A stretch of 58,165 bases of DNA from an uncultured Lutibacter sp. (GCA_964491495.1 CAZBGP010000001.1:7686-65850), one strand, 5' to 3'; counted from the first letter of the stretch, positions 1 to 9,890 are shown. Notes: a model not told the origin generated them from the sequence alone. Translations and numbers: made by a program.

Positions 1-82
1 AGATTGTGGCGTTTTCTTTTGTTGATTTTCAAAGCGGAGCTTTGTTAGGATCATCGGAGATAATCCTATAAATACTTCAAAA

Positions 83-775
83 TTAATTAAATTTTTTCTT
101 CAGCATCGACTGAATATCTCTGTTTGCGCCATAAACCACTAAAATATCATTTTTTTCCAGCACGAGATCGGCTTCGGCAACACCCTGAACTTTACTTTCT
201 TTTATGCTGTTGCCAATACTTCTTTTAACTTGTGCACTTTTTATGGTGGTTAAAACAAGCAGGTTGTGTTTTTTTCTAATCCCAATTTCAGATAATTTTT
301 TTCCTTCATATTCGGGAGGTAAATTTATTTCCACAATGCTGTAATCATCACTCAATTCAAATGAGTTAACAACACCGGCCAAACATAATTTTTTTGCCCA
401 TCGTTCTGCAGTTTCTTCTTCAGGATGCACAATTTCATCTACGCCAATGGCCAATAACACTTTTTCGTGCAATGGGTTAATTGCCCTGCTTATCAATCTT
501 TTTACCTCCAAATTTTTTAGCAATGCAGTTACCATAATATTCGCGCCTTGGTCTTCACCAATGGCGACTACCACAACATCTGTATCTTTGAGCGGTAATC
601 CGGAAACCGTAAATTCATCCGTGGCATCCATGCAAATGGTGTGTGAAACTTTTTCTTTTAGGGCATCCACTTTATTCATACGTGTATCAATACCGATAAC
701 TTCATTCCCTTGTGAGGTCAACTTTTCAGCAAGAGAAGCGCCAAAATTTCCGAGTCCAATTATTATATATTTCAT
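83..775 (-). CDS. trkA: TrkA/KtrA-family potassium uptake regulatory subunit (RCK_N + RCK_C)
   Basis: N-terminal Rossmann motif IIIGLGNFG, 230 aa, directly downstream of a TrkH/KtrB membrane subunit. Confidence 0.9.
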   Translation of the reverse strand: MKYIIIGLGNFGASLAEKLTSQGNEVIGIDTRMNKVDALKEKVSHTICMDATDEFTVSGLPLKDTDVVVVAIGEDQGANIMVTALLKNLEVKRLISRAINPLHEKVLLAIGVDEIVHPEEETAERWAKKLCLAGVVNSFELSDDYSIVEINLPPEYEGKKLSEIGIRKKHNLLVLTTIKSAQVKRSIGNSIKESKVQGVAEADLVLEKNDILVVYGANRDIQSMLKKKFN

Positions 776-792
776 GATTAAGTCTTTTTTAG

Positions 793-2562
793 TTAATTGA
801 TTGTGATTTCTTCTATTGGATAACGATAATTTTTATGTTTCACTTTTCTGATAACCGCTATTAAAATGGAAAGCATGCTTACCCTTCCAATAAACATAAT
901 CAGAATAATTACAAACTTGCTTGCGGAACTTAAACTAGCGGTGATGCCAATACTTAAACCAACAGTGCTATAGGCCGAAAAGCATTCAAAAGCAATACTT
1001 TTAAGGTCTTTTTCGCTGTCGAAAACTGAAATTGCGATAATGCCTGAACCAATAACAAATAACGACAATGAGATCACGGCAAATGCGCGTCTGACCGAGA
1101 TATCCGAAATTTCTCTTCTGTATACCTCAATTCTTGTTTTTCCTTTAGCCAAACTTATAAAATTAAGTGTGGCAATGGCAAAAGTGCTTGTTTTTATTCC
1201 ACCTCCGGTTGATGCCGGTGAAGCACCAACCCACATTAAAAGAAAAATAAGCATCAATGTGGAAAAATTTAAAGCAGTCATATCTACGGTGTTAAATCCG
1301 GCTGTTCTTGGAGTAGTTGCGCCGAACAATGCCGTAATAAACTTACCAAAACCAGAGTGCGGCGCAAGTGTATTATTGTATTCGCTAATATAAATTAAAA
1401 TAGTTCCAATAATTATTAATGCGAATGTGGTAATTAAGGTAATTCTGCTATTTATGCTAAATACCCAAGGTTTGTGCTGATTTTTATTTTTTGAAAAATT
1501 TAAGAAATTAGTTACGATCCAGTATTTTAAATATTTTAGAATGTTTACCACAATCGGAAAACCAAGACCACCAATTACAAGCAATAGAATGATATAGGAT
1601 TGCAGCGCATAATTAAATCTAAATCCGCTTTCATACAGGCCATTGGGCAGCGTAGAAAAACCGGCATTGCAAAAAGCAGATACGGAATGGAATACGGCGA
1701 AAAAAGTGCGTTCAAAAAAAGTGGGAAGCAAATCATTATTAAGACTCGAGTAAATCAACAACCCGCCAATAATTTCAATAGAAAAAGTTATGACAAGTAT
1801 TCTTTTTAGGGTTGAAAAAACATCGCTTAACTTTTGCGAGTTTGTTAAATCGCTTAAAACCAGCTGATTTTCATAATTTGAGCCGCCTTTAAAGAAATAG
1901 CTAAAATAACTGGCAAAAGTAAGAATGCCTATGCCGCCCAATTGAATCAGCAATAAAATAATTGTTTGGCCAAATTGTGTAAAAAAACTTCCTGTGTCTA
2001 CAACAATCAATCCGGTAACACATACAGCGCTGGTTGAAGTGAATAGCGCGTCTAAATATGAAATTTCGGTGTAGGTTGCGTTGGGCAACATCAATAAAAA
2101 AGTTCCAATTAGTATAATAGCTATAAAACTGGCAATAAATAATTGCGCCGGATTTAGTAAAGTTCGCTTATAATTAATTTTTTGTTCGGCAAATTCTCTT
2201 ATTAAAGTCAGCAGGATAGCGAATTTTAACCAGTTGTCATTGTACAAAAAAGATAAGTGTTGATGCGCTTCCTTTGAAAAAAAATGAATTAAAATGATAT
2301 AAATAATGATCAATAAACTGACAGCATCAAATATAAAAACTTTGTCATTAGTGTTTTTTCTGAGTGTGATGTACCTAATCGCCGTTGCTATAATGCCCGA
2401 GGCCAAAACAATGAAGTAATAACCGTTTATAAACTCTTGAATAGAATCGGATTGGTCATAACCAAAGTCGGTTATTAAAACAAATAGGCCAATGAGGCTT
2501 AATAAAAAAGTAATTTGGAAAAACGTTTTAATATTTAAAATTTGCTTTAGTACAGCGATCAC
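793..2562 (-). CDS. trkH: TrkH/KtrB-family potassium uptake membrane subunit with extra N-terminal TM helices
   Basis: Pore-loop motifs SAVCVTGL, SAFCNAGF, PRTAGF, SAYSTVGL and STGGGIK; GTG start. Confidence 0.92.
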   Translation of the reverse strand: MIAVLKQILNIKTFFQITFLLSLIGLFVLITDFGYDQSDSIQEFINGYYFIVLASGIIATAIRYITLRKNTNDKVFIFDAVSLLIIIYIILIHFFSKEAHQHLSFLYNDNWLKFAILLTLIREFAEQKINYKRTLLNPAQLFIASFIAIILIGTFLLMLPNATYTEISYLDALFTSTSAVCVTGLIVVDTGSFFTQFGQTIILLLIQLGGIGILTFASYFSYFFKGGSNYENQLVLSDLTNSQKLSDVFSTLKRILVITFSIEIIGGLLIYSSLNNDLLPTFFERTFFAVFHSVSAFCNAGFSTLPNGLYESGFRFNYALQSYIILLLVIGGLGFPIVVNILKYLKYWIVTNFLNFSKNKNQHKPWVFSINSRITLITTFALIIIGTILIYISEYNNTLAPHSGFGKFITALFGATTPRTAGFNTVDMTALNFSTLMLIFLLMWVGASPASTGGGIKTSTFAIATLNFISLAKGKTRIEVYRREISDISVRRAFAVISLSLFVIGSGIIAISVFDSEKDLKSIAFECFSAYSTVGLSIGITASLSSASKFVIILIMFIGRVSMLSILIAVIRKVKHKNYRYPIEEITIN

Positions 2563-2593
2563 TATTAAGAGATTTTTACAAAATTTTAAAAGA

Positions 2594-2601
2594 CAAAATT
2601 A
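2594..2601 (-). promoter_or_regulatory. Bacteroidota -7 promoter element for trkH-trkA
   Basis: TAATTTTG on the minus strand about 30 nt upstream of the start; matches TAnnTTTG. Confidence 0.55.
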
Positions 2602-2786
2602 GAATAAATTAGTTAACAATCAGGTTTTTTGTGGTGCTATTGATTATTAGTACTTTAATTTTCTAAAAATAGCTTTTTAATCACTTAAGAATATGAAAAT
2701 CCAACTTGTGCAAAAAATTTCAGATACCAAGAATTTTTCCAGCAAAACTGAAATTTTTGTAACTGTGAAATAAAACGTTTCAGGAA

Positions 2787-3446
2787 TTATCCTAGTGCCA
2801 ATTTTTTAAGTTCGCTGATTGTTTTCAACGGATTTTTACTTTTAAAAATAAAATTTCCTGCAACAAAAGCATCAACACCGGCATTTGAAAGTTTTTCAAT
2901 GTTTTCATCGGTTACGCCGCCATCAACTTCAATAAGTGCGGATGAACTCGAAAATTCAATCAATGATTTAAGCTGTTCCACTTTTTTGTAGGTGTTTTCA
3001 ATAAAACTTTGTCCGCCAAAGCCTGGATTCACGCTCATAATCAACACCAAATCCAAATCGGTGATAATATCTTCCAAAACCGCAATTGGCGTGTGCGGAT
3101 TTAAAGAAACGCCGGCTTTCATGCCAAGCGCTTTTATGGCTTGAATGGTGCGGTGTAAATGCGGGCAGGCTTCATAATGCACCGTTAAAATATCGGCACC
3201 AACATTTTTAAAATCCTCAAGAAACCGGTCCGGATCAACAATCATTAAATGAACATCCATCGTTTTTTTTGCGTGTTTTGAAATCGCTTTTATTACGGGC
3301 ATTCCAAATGAAATGTTTGGGACAAAAACGCCGTCCATCACATCAATATGAAACCAGTCCGCTTCACTTTTGTTAATCATTTCAATATCGCGTTGTAAAT
3401 TGCCAAAATCTGCGGCCAAAAGGGAAGGAGCAATAAATTTGTTCAT
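2787..3446 (-). CDS. rpe: Ribulose-phosphate 3-epimerase
   Basis: Motifs IAPSLLAADF, HIDVMDGVFVPN, DVHLM, MSVNPGFGGQ, EVDGG. Confidence 0.97.
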   Translation of the reverse strand: MNKFIAPSLLAADFGNLQRDIEMINKSEADWFHIDVMDGVFVPNISFGMPVIKAISKHAKKTMDVHLMIVDPDRFLEDFKNVGADILTVHYEACPHLHRTIQAIKALGMKAGVSLNPHTPIAVLEDIITDLDLVLIMSVNPGFGGQSFIENTYKKVEQLKSLIEFSSSSALIEVDGGVTDENIEKLSNAGVDAFVAGNFIFKSKNPLKTISELKKLALG

Positions 3447-3466
3447 CTTTTCGATTGTTGTTTGTG

Positions 3467-3474
3467 CAAAAATA
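3467..3474 (-). promoter_or_regulatory. -7 promoter element for rpe
   Basis: TATTTTTG on the minus strand 20 nt upstream of the ATG. Confidence 0.55.
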
Positions 3475-3490
3475 GGATTTAAAAAGTAAA

Positions 3491-3530
3491 AAAAGAAAAA
3501 CGCTTCAAATTTTTGAAGCGTTTTTCTTTT
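3491..3530 (-). terminator. Intrinsic terminator after rpoD
   Basis: Inverted repeat AAAAGAAAAACGCTTCAAA / TTTGAAGCGTTTTTCTTTT. Confidence 0.8.
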
Positions 3531-3563
3531 TAATGCAATCTGTAATTTTAAAAACAGGAAAGT

Positions 3564-4427
3564 TTATCCCAAATATGTTTTTAAAATTTTACTTCTTGAT
3601 GTATGTTTTAATCTTCTGATGGCTTTTTCTTTAATTTGACGAACACGTTCACGTGTCAAATCAAAAGTTTCACCAATTTCTTCAAGTGTCATCGGGTGCG
3701 TGTCGCCCAAACCGAAATACAACTGAACAACATCCGCTTCTCTTGGCGTTAATGTTTCCAAAGCGCGTTCAATTTCCACTTTTAAAGATTCGTGAAGCAA
3801 CGCTTTATCCGGATTTGGAGATTCGCCTGTGTTCAACACATCATACAAGTTAGAGTCTTCACCTTCAATTAAAGGTGCATCCATGGATACGTGACGGCCA
3901 GAATTTTTCATGGATTCTTTTACGTCATTAACGGTCATATCTAATTTTTTTGCAATTTCTTCGGCAGATGGCGGTCTTTCGTTTTCCTGCTCCAAAAATG
4001 CATACATTTTGTTAATTTTATTGATTGAGCCAATTTTGTTCAAAGGCAAACGCACAATACGAGATTGTTCCGCCAAAGCTTGTAAAATTGATTGACGAAT
4101 CCACCAAACGGCATAAGAAATAAACTTAAATCCACGAGTTTCATCAAAACGTTTCGCCGCTTTAATCAATCCTAAGTTTCCTTCATTAATTAAATCTGGC
4201 AATGTCAATCCTTGATTTTGGTATTGTTTTGCAACAGATACCACAAAACGCAAGTTTGCTTTGGTTAATTTCTCCAAAGCCATTTGGTCGCCGGCTCTAA
4301 TTTTCTGAGCCAATTCCACCTCTTGCTCGGCAGTAATTAAATCTACTTTTCCAATTTCCTGTAAGTACTTGTCTAATGATGCGGTTTCCCTGTTGGTAAC
4401 CTGTTTCGTTATTTTAAGTTGTCTCAT
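3564..4427 (-). CDS. rpoD: Primary sigma-70 factor, Bacteroidota type (lacks region 1.1)
   Basis: [14 protein letters not shown] start, [38 protein letters not shown]; 287 aa. Confidence 0.95.
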   Translation of the reverse strand: MRQLKITKQVTNRETASLDKYLQEIGKVDLITAEQEVELAQKIRAGDQMALEKLTKANLRFVVSVAKQYQNQGLTLPDLINEGNLGLIKAAKRFDETRGFKFISYAVWWIRQSILQALAEQSRIVRLPLNKIGSINKINKMYAFLEQENERPPSAEEIAKKLDMTVNDVKESMKNSGRHVSMDAPLIEGEDSNLYDVLNTGESPNPDKALLHESLKVEIERALETLTPREADVVQLYFGLGDTHPMTLEEIGETFDLTRERVRQIKEKAIRRLKHTSRSKILKTYLG

Positions 4428-4472
4428 GTAAAAGCTACTAATTTTTTTGTTAATATAAAGGGTCTACAATAT

Positions 4473-4500
4473 TATACGTTCAATTCTTAAAAATGTTACA
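4473..4500 (-). promoter_or_regulatory. Candidate ECF-sigma-type promoter upstream of rpoD
   Basis: Minus strand reads TGTAAC-N16-CGTATA, fitting the generic ECF AAC...CGT layout. Confidence 0.45.
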
Positions 4501-4558
4501 AAATAAATCACAAACATTTTTTTCAGTGCTAAAAACAAATAATAAAATTTTGTGTTTT

Positions 4559-4662
4559 TGGGAGTTCCCCGCCAGCTGGCGGGTCGGGCTTTCCGCTATA
4601 ATCTTTTTTACTTCGCCAAAACGGATAAGCAAAAAAGTATTTCCGCTTCAATCCCTAACTCA
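4559..4662 (+). ncRNA. Structured GC-rich intergenic element, probably a Flavo-1-like RNA motif or dispersed repeat
   Basis: GAGTT/AACTC closing pair, perfect palindrome CCCGCCAGCTGGCGGG (4568-4583), GGTCGGGCT...AATCCCT, and TTCCGCT repeated at 4591 and 4641. The family name is from memory and the strand is uncertain. Confidence 0.5.
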
Positions 4663-4676
4663 AGTTGAATTTCTAA

Positions 4677-4704
4677 TTGAAACTTGAAACATTAAACTTG
4701 AAAC
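4677..4704. repeat. Heptamer tandem repeat, 4 units
   Basis: TTGAAAC TTGAAAC ATTAAAC TTGAAAC. Confidence 0.6.
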
Positions 4705-5147
4705 TATTTCTTATTATCCTTTTCAAACAACTTCTGATAATAAAAAGCTGGTAATAAAATAAACACAAACAATGGCTGGATTAAAAATCGCCGAACATAA
4801 AAAGTCAGCAAATAATTTTGTGTCACATTAAATTTTAACAGGACAAAAAGCATCAAACTCAAAACCGCAAACGCCAGCACATAAAATTTAATCGAAAAAT
4901 AAAGCGCTTTTTTATCATCAAAAACCAAATAAATAATGGCCAAAGAAATGATGGTATTTAAAAAGTATCGGTAAAAAATGTTCAAAAAATAAGCGCCAAA
5001 ATCAAGTTCGGGAACGGCAGCGTTTAAATAATCATGCTTAAAATAGTCCAAAAGCGGATCGTAGAAATAAGGCTGAACCAACGCTCGAACCAAAATCAGC
5101 ATCAGAAAAAGCACAACAATCAAACCTATCCGAACCGATTTTCTCAT
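4704..5147 (-). CDS. Exosortase F system-associated membrane protein
   Basis: FYDPLLDYF and FYVRRFLIQP motifs; start moved to the ATG at 5147, which overlaps the xrtF stop (ATGA). Confidence 0.85.
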   Translation of the reverse strand: MRKSVRIGLIVVLFLMLILVRALVQPYFYDPLLDYFKHDYLNAAVPELDFGAYFLNIFYRYFLNTIISLAIIYLVFDDKKALYFSIKFYVLAFAVLSLMLFVLLKFNVTQNYLLTFYVRRFLIQPLFVFILLPAFYYQKLFEKDNKK

Positions 5148-5680
5148 TTCTTTAAATTTGAAAAATTCCGAATCCACACAAACCAAAGCAAGAATGTCAT
5201 TCCGTAAATAATGGACGGAAATACAATTTCGTGCAATACATTTTGATATTGCGGAAATTCATAAAGTGCTACCGAAATAATTACAATCCGTACAATGTTT
5301 GTAAAATAAATAAGCAAACTTCCAAACAAAATATACAAAACAGTCGTTTTAAATTTTCCTGCAAAGGCAACAATAAATGCAATAAATAAAATGATAATAC
5401 TAATGGCATTGCAGCCTTCCACTATAAAAGCGGTAAATTTGTCATTTATAAATAATTTCACGGCAAGCGTTTCTGTATCCTGCACTATTTCAGTTGGATA
5501 GCCAAAAATATTTAATAAATATTTTGTTTGTTCGGCAACAGTTTTGGTGATGGGCGCACAAACAAATGGCGCTGTTTCATTTTGTGTTTTTTCTAAATAA
5601 TAGGAATACAACAAAAACAGCAGCAAATACGTACCAAAAAATTTAATTAAAAATAATACTACCGTTTTATTGCCTTTCAC
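5144..5680 (-). CDS. xrtF: Exosortase family protein XrtF
   Basis: Membrane protein with Cys (VEGCNA), Arg (NIVRI) and His (LHEIVF) triad; paired with the associated protein. Confidence 0.88.
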   Translation of the reverse strand: MKGNKTVVLFLIKFFGTYLLLFLLYSYYLEKTQNETAPFVCAPITKTVAEQTKYLLNIFGYPTEIVQDTETLAVKLFINDKFTAFIVEGCNAISIIILFIAFIVAFAGKFKTTVLYILFGSLLIYFTNIVRIVIISVALYEFPQYQNVLHEIVFPSIIYGMTFLLWFVWIRNFSNLKK

Positions 5681-5721
5681 AAAAAAAAGAATTTTAATTT
5701 TGCATAAAATTACAAATTAAT

Positions 5722-6174
5722 ATGAATATTCCTCAATTAAAAGAATCGGTAACCGCCATTGCAGAAAGCAACCAATCGGTTTCAGATAAACGTCAGGCAA
5801 TTTGCAATTATTTAAAACAAGAAATTGATTATTACCATTGGGTGGGATTTTATTTTAAAAACGGTGACAAAGCCGAATTAAAACTGGCCGAATTTGCCGG
5901 CGAACCAACCCAACACACTATTATTCCGTTTGGCAAAGGCATTTGCGGACAAGTGGCCGTCAGCAACAAAAATTTCGTGGTTCCGGATGTAACCGCGCAA
6001 GACAATTATATTTCGTGCGGATTTAAAGTGAAAAGTGAAATTGTAATTCCCATTTTTGTGAATGGAGATAATATTGGCCAAATAGACATCGATTCTCACA
6101 TCACAAATCCTTTTTCTGAAGCTGATGAACATTTTCTGGAATTTGTGTGCGAAAAAGTGGCGGAATTAAAATAA
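5722..6174 (+). CDS. GAF-domain protein, probable free methionine-(R)-sulfoxide reductase
   Basis: WVGFY, IPFGKGICG, YISC, SEIVIPI, IDIDS motifs; TAATTTTG promoter element at 5695-5702. Confidence 0.8.
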   Translation: MNIPQLKESVTAIAESNQSVSDKRQAICNYLKQEIDYYHWVGFYFKNGDKAELKLAEFAGEPTQHTIIPFGKGICGQVAVSNKNFVVPDVTAQDNYISCGFKVKSEIVIPIFVNGDNIGQIDIDSHITNPFSEADEHFLEFVCEKVAELK

Positions 6175-6437
6175 ATAACCCCAAAATAATTATATTTTTC
6201 AATGTTAAATAAATCCCCAAAAAGCAAAAGCAAAAAAAGCGTTTAGTCCATAAATTTTCTTTTCTGAATAAACTTTTTCAAAAAAAATCAACCTAAAAAT
6301 ACTTCCCTGAACCATAACGAAATGGTCTCAAATTTTGAGCAAAAAACAAAAAATAGTTAATTAAATTTTATGAGTAATTTGTGTTGTTTAGCCTATTGAT
6401 AATTAGTAGCTTTGCCGAACAATAACAAAGAAAACTT

Positions 6438-7964
6438 ATGGGTACTACAAAAAAGGCAAAATCGGCACTGATTTCAGTTTTTCACAAAGACGGTTTGGCT
6501 CCAATCATACAAAAGTTAAACGACCTTAATATTACAATTTATTCTACAGGAGGCACTGAAAAATTTATTAAAGAGTTGGGCGTTAAAGCGATACCTGTTG
6601 AAGAGCTAACTTCATATCCGTCAATTTTAGGAGGAAGGGTTAAAACATTACATCCAAAAGTTTTCGGAGGAATTTTATCAAGAAGGGATAATGAAACTGA
6701 TATTTCGCAGTTGGCGCTTTATAAAATTCCCGAAATTGACATTGTAATTGTTGATTTGTATCCATTTGAAAAAACCGTTGCAAGCCATGTTCCTGAACAA
6801 GAAATTATAGAAAAAATTGATATAGGCGGAATTTCTTTAATCAGAGCTGCAGCAAAAAATTTTAATGATGTAATTTGTGTTTCATCACTTGACCAATACG
6901 ATGAATTTTTAGAAATTTTGACTTCCGGAAATAGCGAAATAACGTTGGCACAACGCAAAAGTTTTGCGGCAAAAGCATTTGCGGTTTCCAGCCATTACGA
7001 CAGCGCGATTTTCAACTATTTGAATGAGGGTGAATTGGCATTCCGTCAAAGTTTCGACAAAGTTTCTGTTTTACGTTACGGCGAAAATCCTCACCAAAAA
7101 GGATATTTTTTTGGAAATTTAGATGAACTTTTCGACATACTTCACGGAAAAGAACTTTCCTACAACAATCTACTAGATGTTGATGCGGCCATAAATTTAA
7201 TGGACGAGTTTAAAAATGACGCTCCAACTTTTGCCATTTTAAAACACAACAATGCATGTGGCGTTGCACAAAGAGACACGTTAAAACAAGCTTATTTGGA
7301 TGCTTTGGCTGCCGATCCAACTTCAGCTTTTGGCGGCGTTTTAATTTCGAATAAAGTGATTGATTTGGAAACTGCTGAAGAAATACACCAGCTTTTTTGT
7401 GAAGTGGTGATTGCGCCGGGCTATAGCAATGAGGCTTTGGAACTTCTAAAAGGCAAGAAAAACAGAATTATTTTAGTTCAGAAAGCTATTGAATTGCCAA
7501 ACACGCAATACCGAACTGCATTAAACGGCGTTCTTTTTCAAGATAAAAACAACAAAACAGATTCAATAGACGTTGTAGAGTTTGTGACTTTAGAAAAACC
7601 AACAGACAGAGAACTGGAAGATTTACTTTTTGCATCAAAAATATGTAAACACACCAAGTCAAATACCATTGTATTTGCCAAAAATAAACAACTTTTTGCA
7701 AGCGGAACCGGACAAACAAGTCGTGTAGACGCTTTAGAACAGGCAATTGTAAAAGCCAAACATTTCAATTTTGATTTAAATGGCGCAGTAATGGCAAGTG
7801 ATGCTTTTTTCCCGTTTCCCGATTGTGTGGAGATCGCTGACAAAGCAGGAATTACGGCTGTAATCCAGCCAGGTGGTTCAATTAAAGACCAATTGTCGAT
7901 TGATTATTGCAATGAACACAAAATGTCTATGATATTTACAGGCACACGTCATTTCAAACACTAA
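6438..7964 (+). CDS. purH: Bifunctional AICAR transformylase / IMP cyclohydrolase
   Basis: STGGT, GGRVKTLHP, IDIGG, LRYGENPHQ, ASDAFFPF, TGTRHFKH; TAGCTTTG element at 6407-6414. Confidence 0.98.
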   Translation: MGTTKKAKSALISVFHKDGLAPIIQKLNDLNITIYSTGGTEKFIKELGVKAIPVEELTSYPSILGGRVKTLHPKVFGGILSRRDNETDISQLALYKIPEIDIVIVDLYPFEKTVASHVPEQEIIEKIDIGGISLIRAAAKNFNDVICVSSLDQYDEFLEILTSGNSEITLAQRKSFAAKAFAVSSHYDSAIFNYLNEGELAFRQSFDKVSVLRYGENPHQKGYFFGNLDELFDILHGKELSYNNLLDVDAAINLMDEFKNDAPTFAILKHNNACGVAQRDTLKQAYLDALAADPTSAFGGVLISNKVIDLETAEEIHQLFCEVVIAPGYSNEALELLKGKKNRIILVQKAIELPNTQYRTALNGVLFQDKNNKTDSIDVVEFVTLEKPTDRELEDLLFASKICKHTKSNTIVFAKNKQLFASGTGQTSRVDALEQAIVKAKHFNFDLNGAVMASDAFFPFPDCVEIADKAGITAVIQPGGSIKDQLSIDYCNEHKMSMIFTGTRHFKH

Positions 7965-7970
7965 ATTAAG

Positions 7971-7978
7971 TAACTTTG
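7971..7978 (+). promoter_or_regulatory. Internal -7 promoter element for mreBCD
   Basis: TAACTTTG in the purH-mreB gap. Confidence 0.55.
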
Positions 7979-8010
7979 TAGCATTTCAAATTTAATCAAT
8001 AATAAAAAAT

Positions 8011-9039
8011 ATGGGTTTTTTCGACTTTATGACTGAGGACATTGCAATTGATTTAGGCACTGCCAATACGCTTATTATTCATGAGGGCAAAGTGGTTGTG
8101 GATGAACCTTCAATTGTCGCAAGAGACAGAAGCAGTGGGAAAATTATTGCGACTGGTAAAAAAGCCAGTTTAATGCAAGGTAAAACCCATGAAAACATTA
8201 AAACCATCCGACCTTTAAAAGATGGCGTAATTGCCGATTTTGAAGCTTCGGAACAGATGATAAAAGAATTTATAAAAAATATTCCAAGCATTAAAAAACG
8301 TTTTTTTGCACCATCATTGCGCATGGTTATTTGTATTCCATCAGGAATTACCGAAGTTGAAAAACGTGCTGTAATTGACTCTGCGGAACATATGAATGCC
8401 AAAGAAATTTTCTTAATTCATGAGCCAATGGCGGCTTCAATTGGTATTGGCATTGACATTATGCAGCCTAAAGGAAACATGATTATTGATATAGGAGGAG
8501 GAACAACTGAAATTGCCGTAATTGCTTTGGGCGGTATTGTTTGTGACAAATCCATAAAAGTTGCAGGTGACGTATTTACAAATGATATCTCTTATTATAT
8601 GCGAACACAACATAATTTGTATGTTGGGGAACGCACTGCTGAAAGAATAAAAATTCAGGTTGGCGCCGCTACGGAAGATTTAGAAGTTCCGCCAGAAGAT
8701 ATGCTTGTTCAAGGGCGTGATTTATTGAGCGGTAAACCAAAACAAGTTCAGGTTTCTTTTAGAGAAATTTCAAAAGCTTTGGACAAATCCATTTTGCGAA
8801 TTGAAGACGCTGTGATGGAAACATTGTCAAAAACACCGCCAGAATTGGCAGCCGATATTTATAACACCGGAATTTATTTGGCCGGCGGCGGATCGATGCT
8901 TCGCGGGTTGGACAAACGTTTGTCAAGAAAAACAGATTTGCCTGTGTACATTGCTGAAGACCCTTTAAGAGCCGTAGTTAGAGGTACAGGAATTGCATTA
9001 AAAGATCTTGAAAAGTATAAAAATGTATTAATGAAATAG
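8011..9039 (+). CDS. mreB: Rod shape-determining protein MreB
   Basis: IAIDLGTANT, RPLKDGVIADF, DIGGGTTE, LAGGGSML. Confidence 0.98.
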   Translation: MGFFDFMTEDIAIDLGTANTLIIHEGKVVVDEPSIVARDRSSGKIIATGKKASLMQGKTHENIKTIRPLKDGVIADFEASEQMIKEFIKNIPSIKKRFFAPSLRMVICIPSGITEVEKRAVIDSAEHMNAKEIFLIHEPMAASIGIGIDIMQPKGNMIIDIGGGTTEIAVIALGGIVCDKSIKVAGDVFTNDISYYMRTQHNLYVGERTAERIKIQVGAATEDLEVPPEDMLVQGRDLLSGKPKQVQVSFREISKALDKSILRIEDAVMETLSKTPPELAADIYNTGIYLAGGGSMLRGLDKRLSRKTDLPVYIAEDPLRAVVRGTGIALKDLEKYKNVLMK

Positions 9040-9059
9040 GTTAATTTTCTATTGTTTCT

Positions 9060-9890
9060 ATGCGGCAAATTATTTATTTTATTAAAAAATTCAGATACTT
9101 TCTGCTGTTCATAGTTCTGGAAACATTGGCTTTTATTGTGATTATTCAAAATAATTCCTATCAACAAAGTAAATTTGTAAATTCAGCCAACGCAATTACC
9201 GGCGGTCTTTATAATAAAGCAAATTACATAAATGAATTTTTTCATTTAAGAAAAGACAATCAACTTTTAAGCGAAGAAAATGCCCGTTTAAAAAACTTAT
9301 TGGAGGCAAGAGAAAATAAGTTTGTTCTGGATAGCTTCACAGTGATAGACAGTTCCCTTTATTTTCAAAAATATGACTATTCCACTGCAAAAATTATCAA
9401 TAATAATTACACTAAACGGAATAATTTTTTAACTCTGAATAAAGGTGCTAAACATGGATTGGCTCCAGATTTGGGTGTTATAAACAGCAAAGGAATAATC
9501 GGAGTTATTAAAAATGTATCTCCAAAATTTGCTACGGTCCTTTCAATTTTAAACAGTAATTCTAACATTAATGTGCGTTTGAAAAATAGCAATCATTTTG
9601 GAACTATGGTATGGGACGGAAAGGATTACAATATAACTCAGGTGATTGACATTCCAAGACAAGCCTTGGTTAAAGCTGGTGATACCATTGTTACCGGTGG
9701 TAAATCAGCCATTTTTCCTGAAGGAATAGAGGTAGGTGTGGTAAAAGATTTTAAGTATGCACAAAACAAATATCAGATTATTAATATTTTGTTATTTAAT
9801 GATATGAGCGCAATTGGTGAAGTACAGATTGTTAAAAATCTTCACAAGGATGAACAAATAAATCTTGAACAAAGCGTTGTAAATGAATAA
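9060..9890 (+). CDS. mreC: Rod shape-determining protein MreC
   Basis: N-terminal TM helix, coiled coil (LSEENARLK), GDTIVTGG..IFPEGI; follows mreB. Confidence 0.93.
   Translation: MRQIIYFIKKFRYFLLFIVLETLAFIVIIQNNSYQQSKFVNSANAITGGLYNKANYINEFFHLRKDNQLLSEENARLKNLLEARENKFVLDSFTVIDSSLYFQKYDYSTAKIINNNYTKRNNFLTLNKGAKHGLAPDLGVINSKGIIGVIKNVSPKFATVLSILNSNSNINVRLKNSNHFGTMVWDGKDYNITQVIDIPRQALVKAGDTIVTGGKSAIFPEGIEVGVVKDFKYAQNKYQIINILLFNDMSAIGEVQIVKNLHKDEQINLEQSVVNE

Noticed and set aside
3564-4427. Unusually short sigma-70 as an alternative or phage sigma factor
   Set aside because: The Bacteroidota primary sigma is known to lack region 1.1 and to be about this size.
4493-4687. 64-aa ORF spanning the GC-rich intergenic element
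   Set aside because: Better explained as chance read-through of the structured repeat; it has no protein features.
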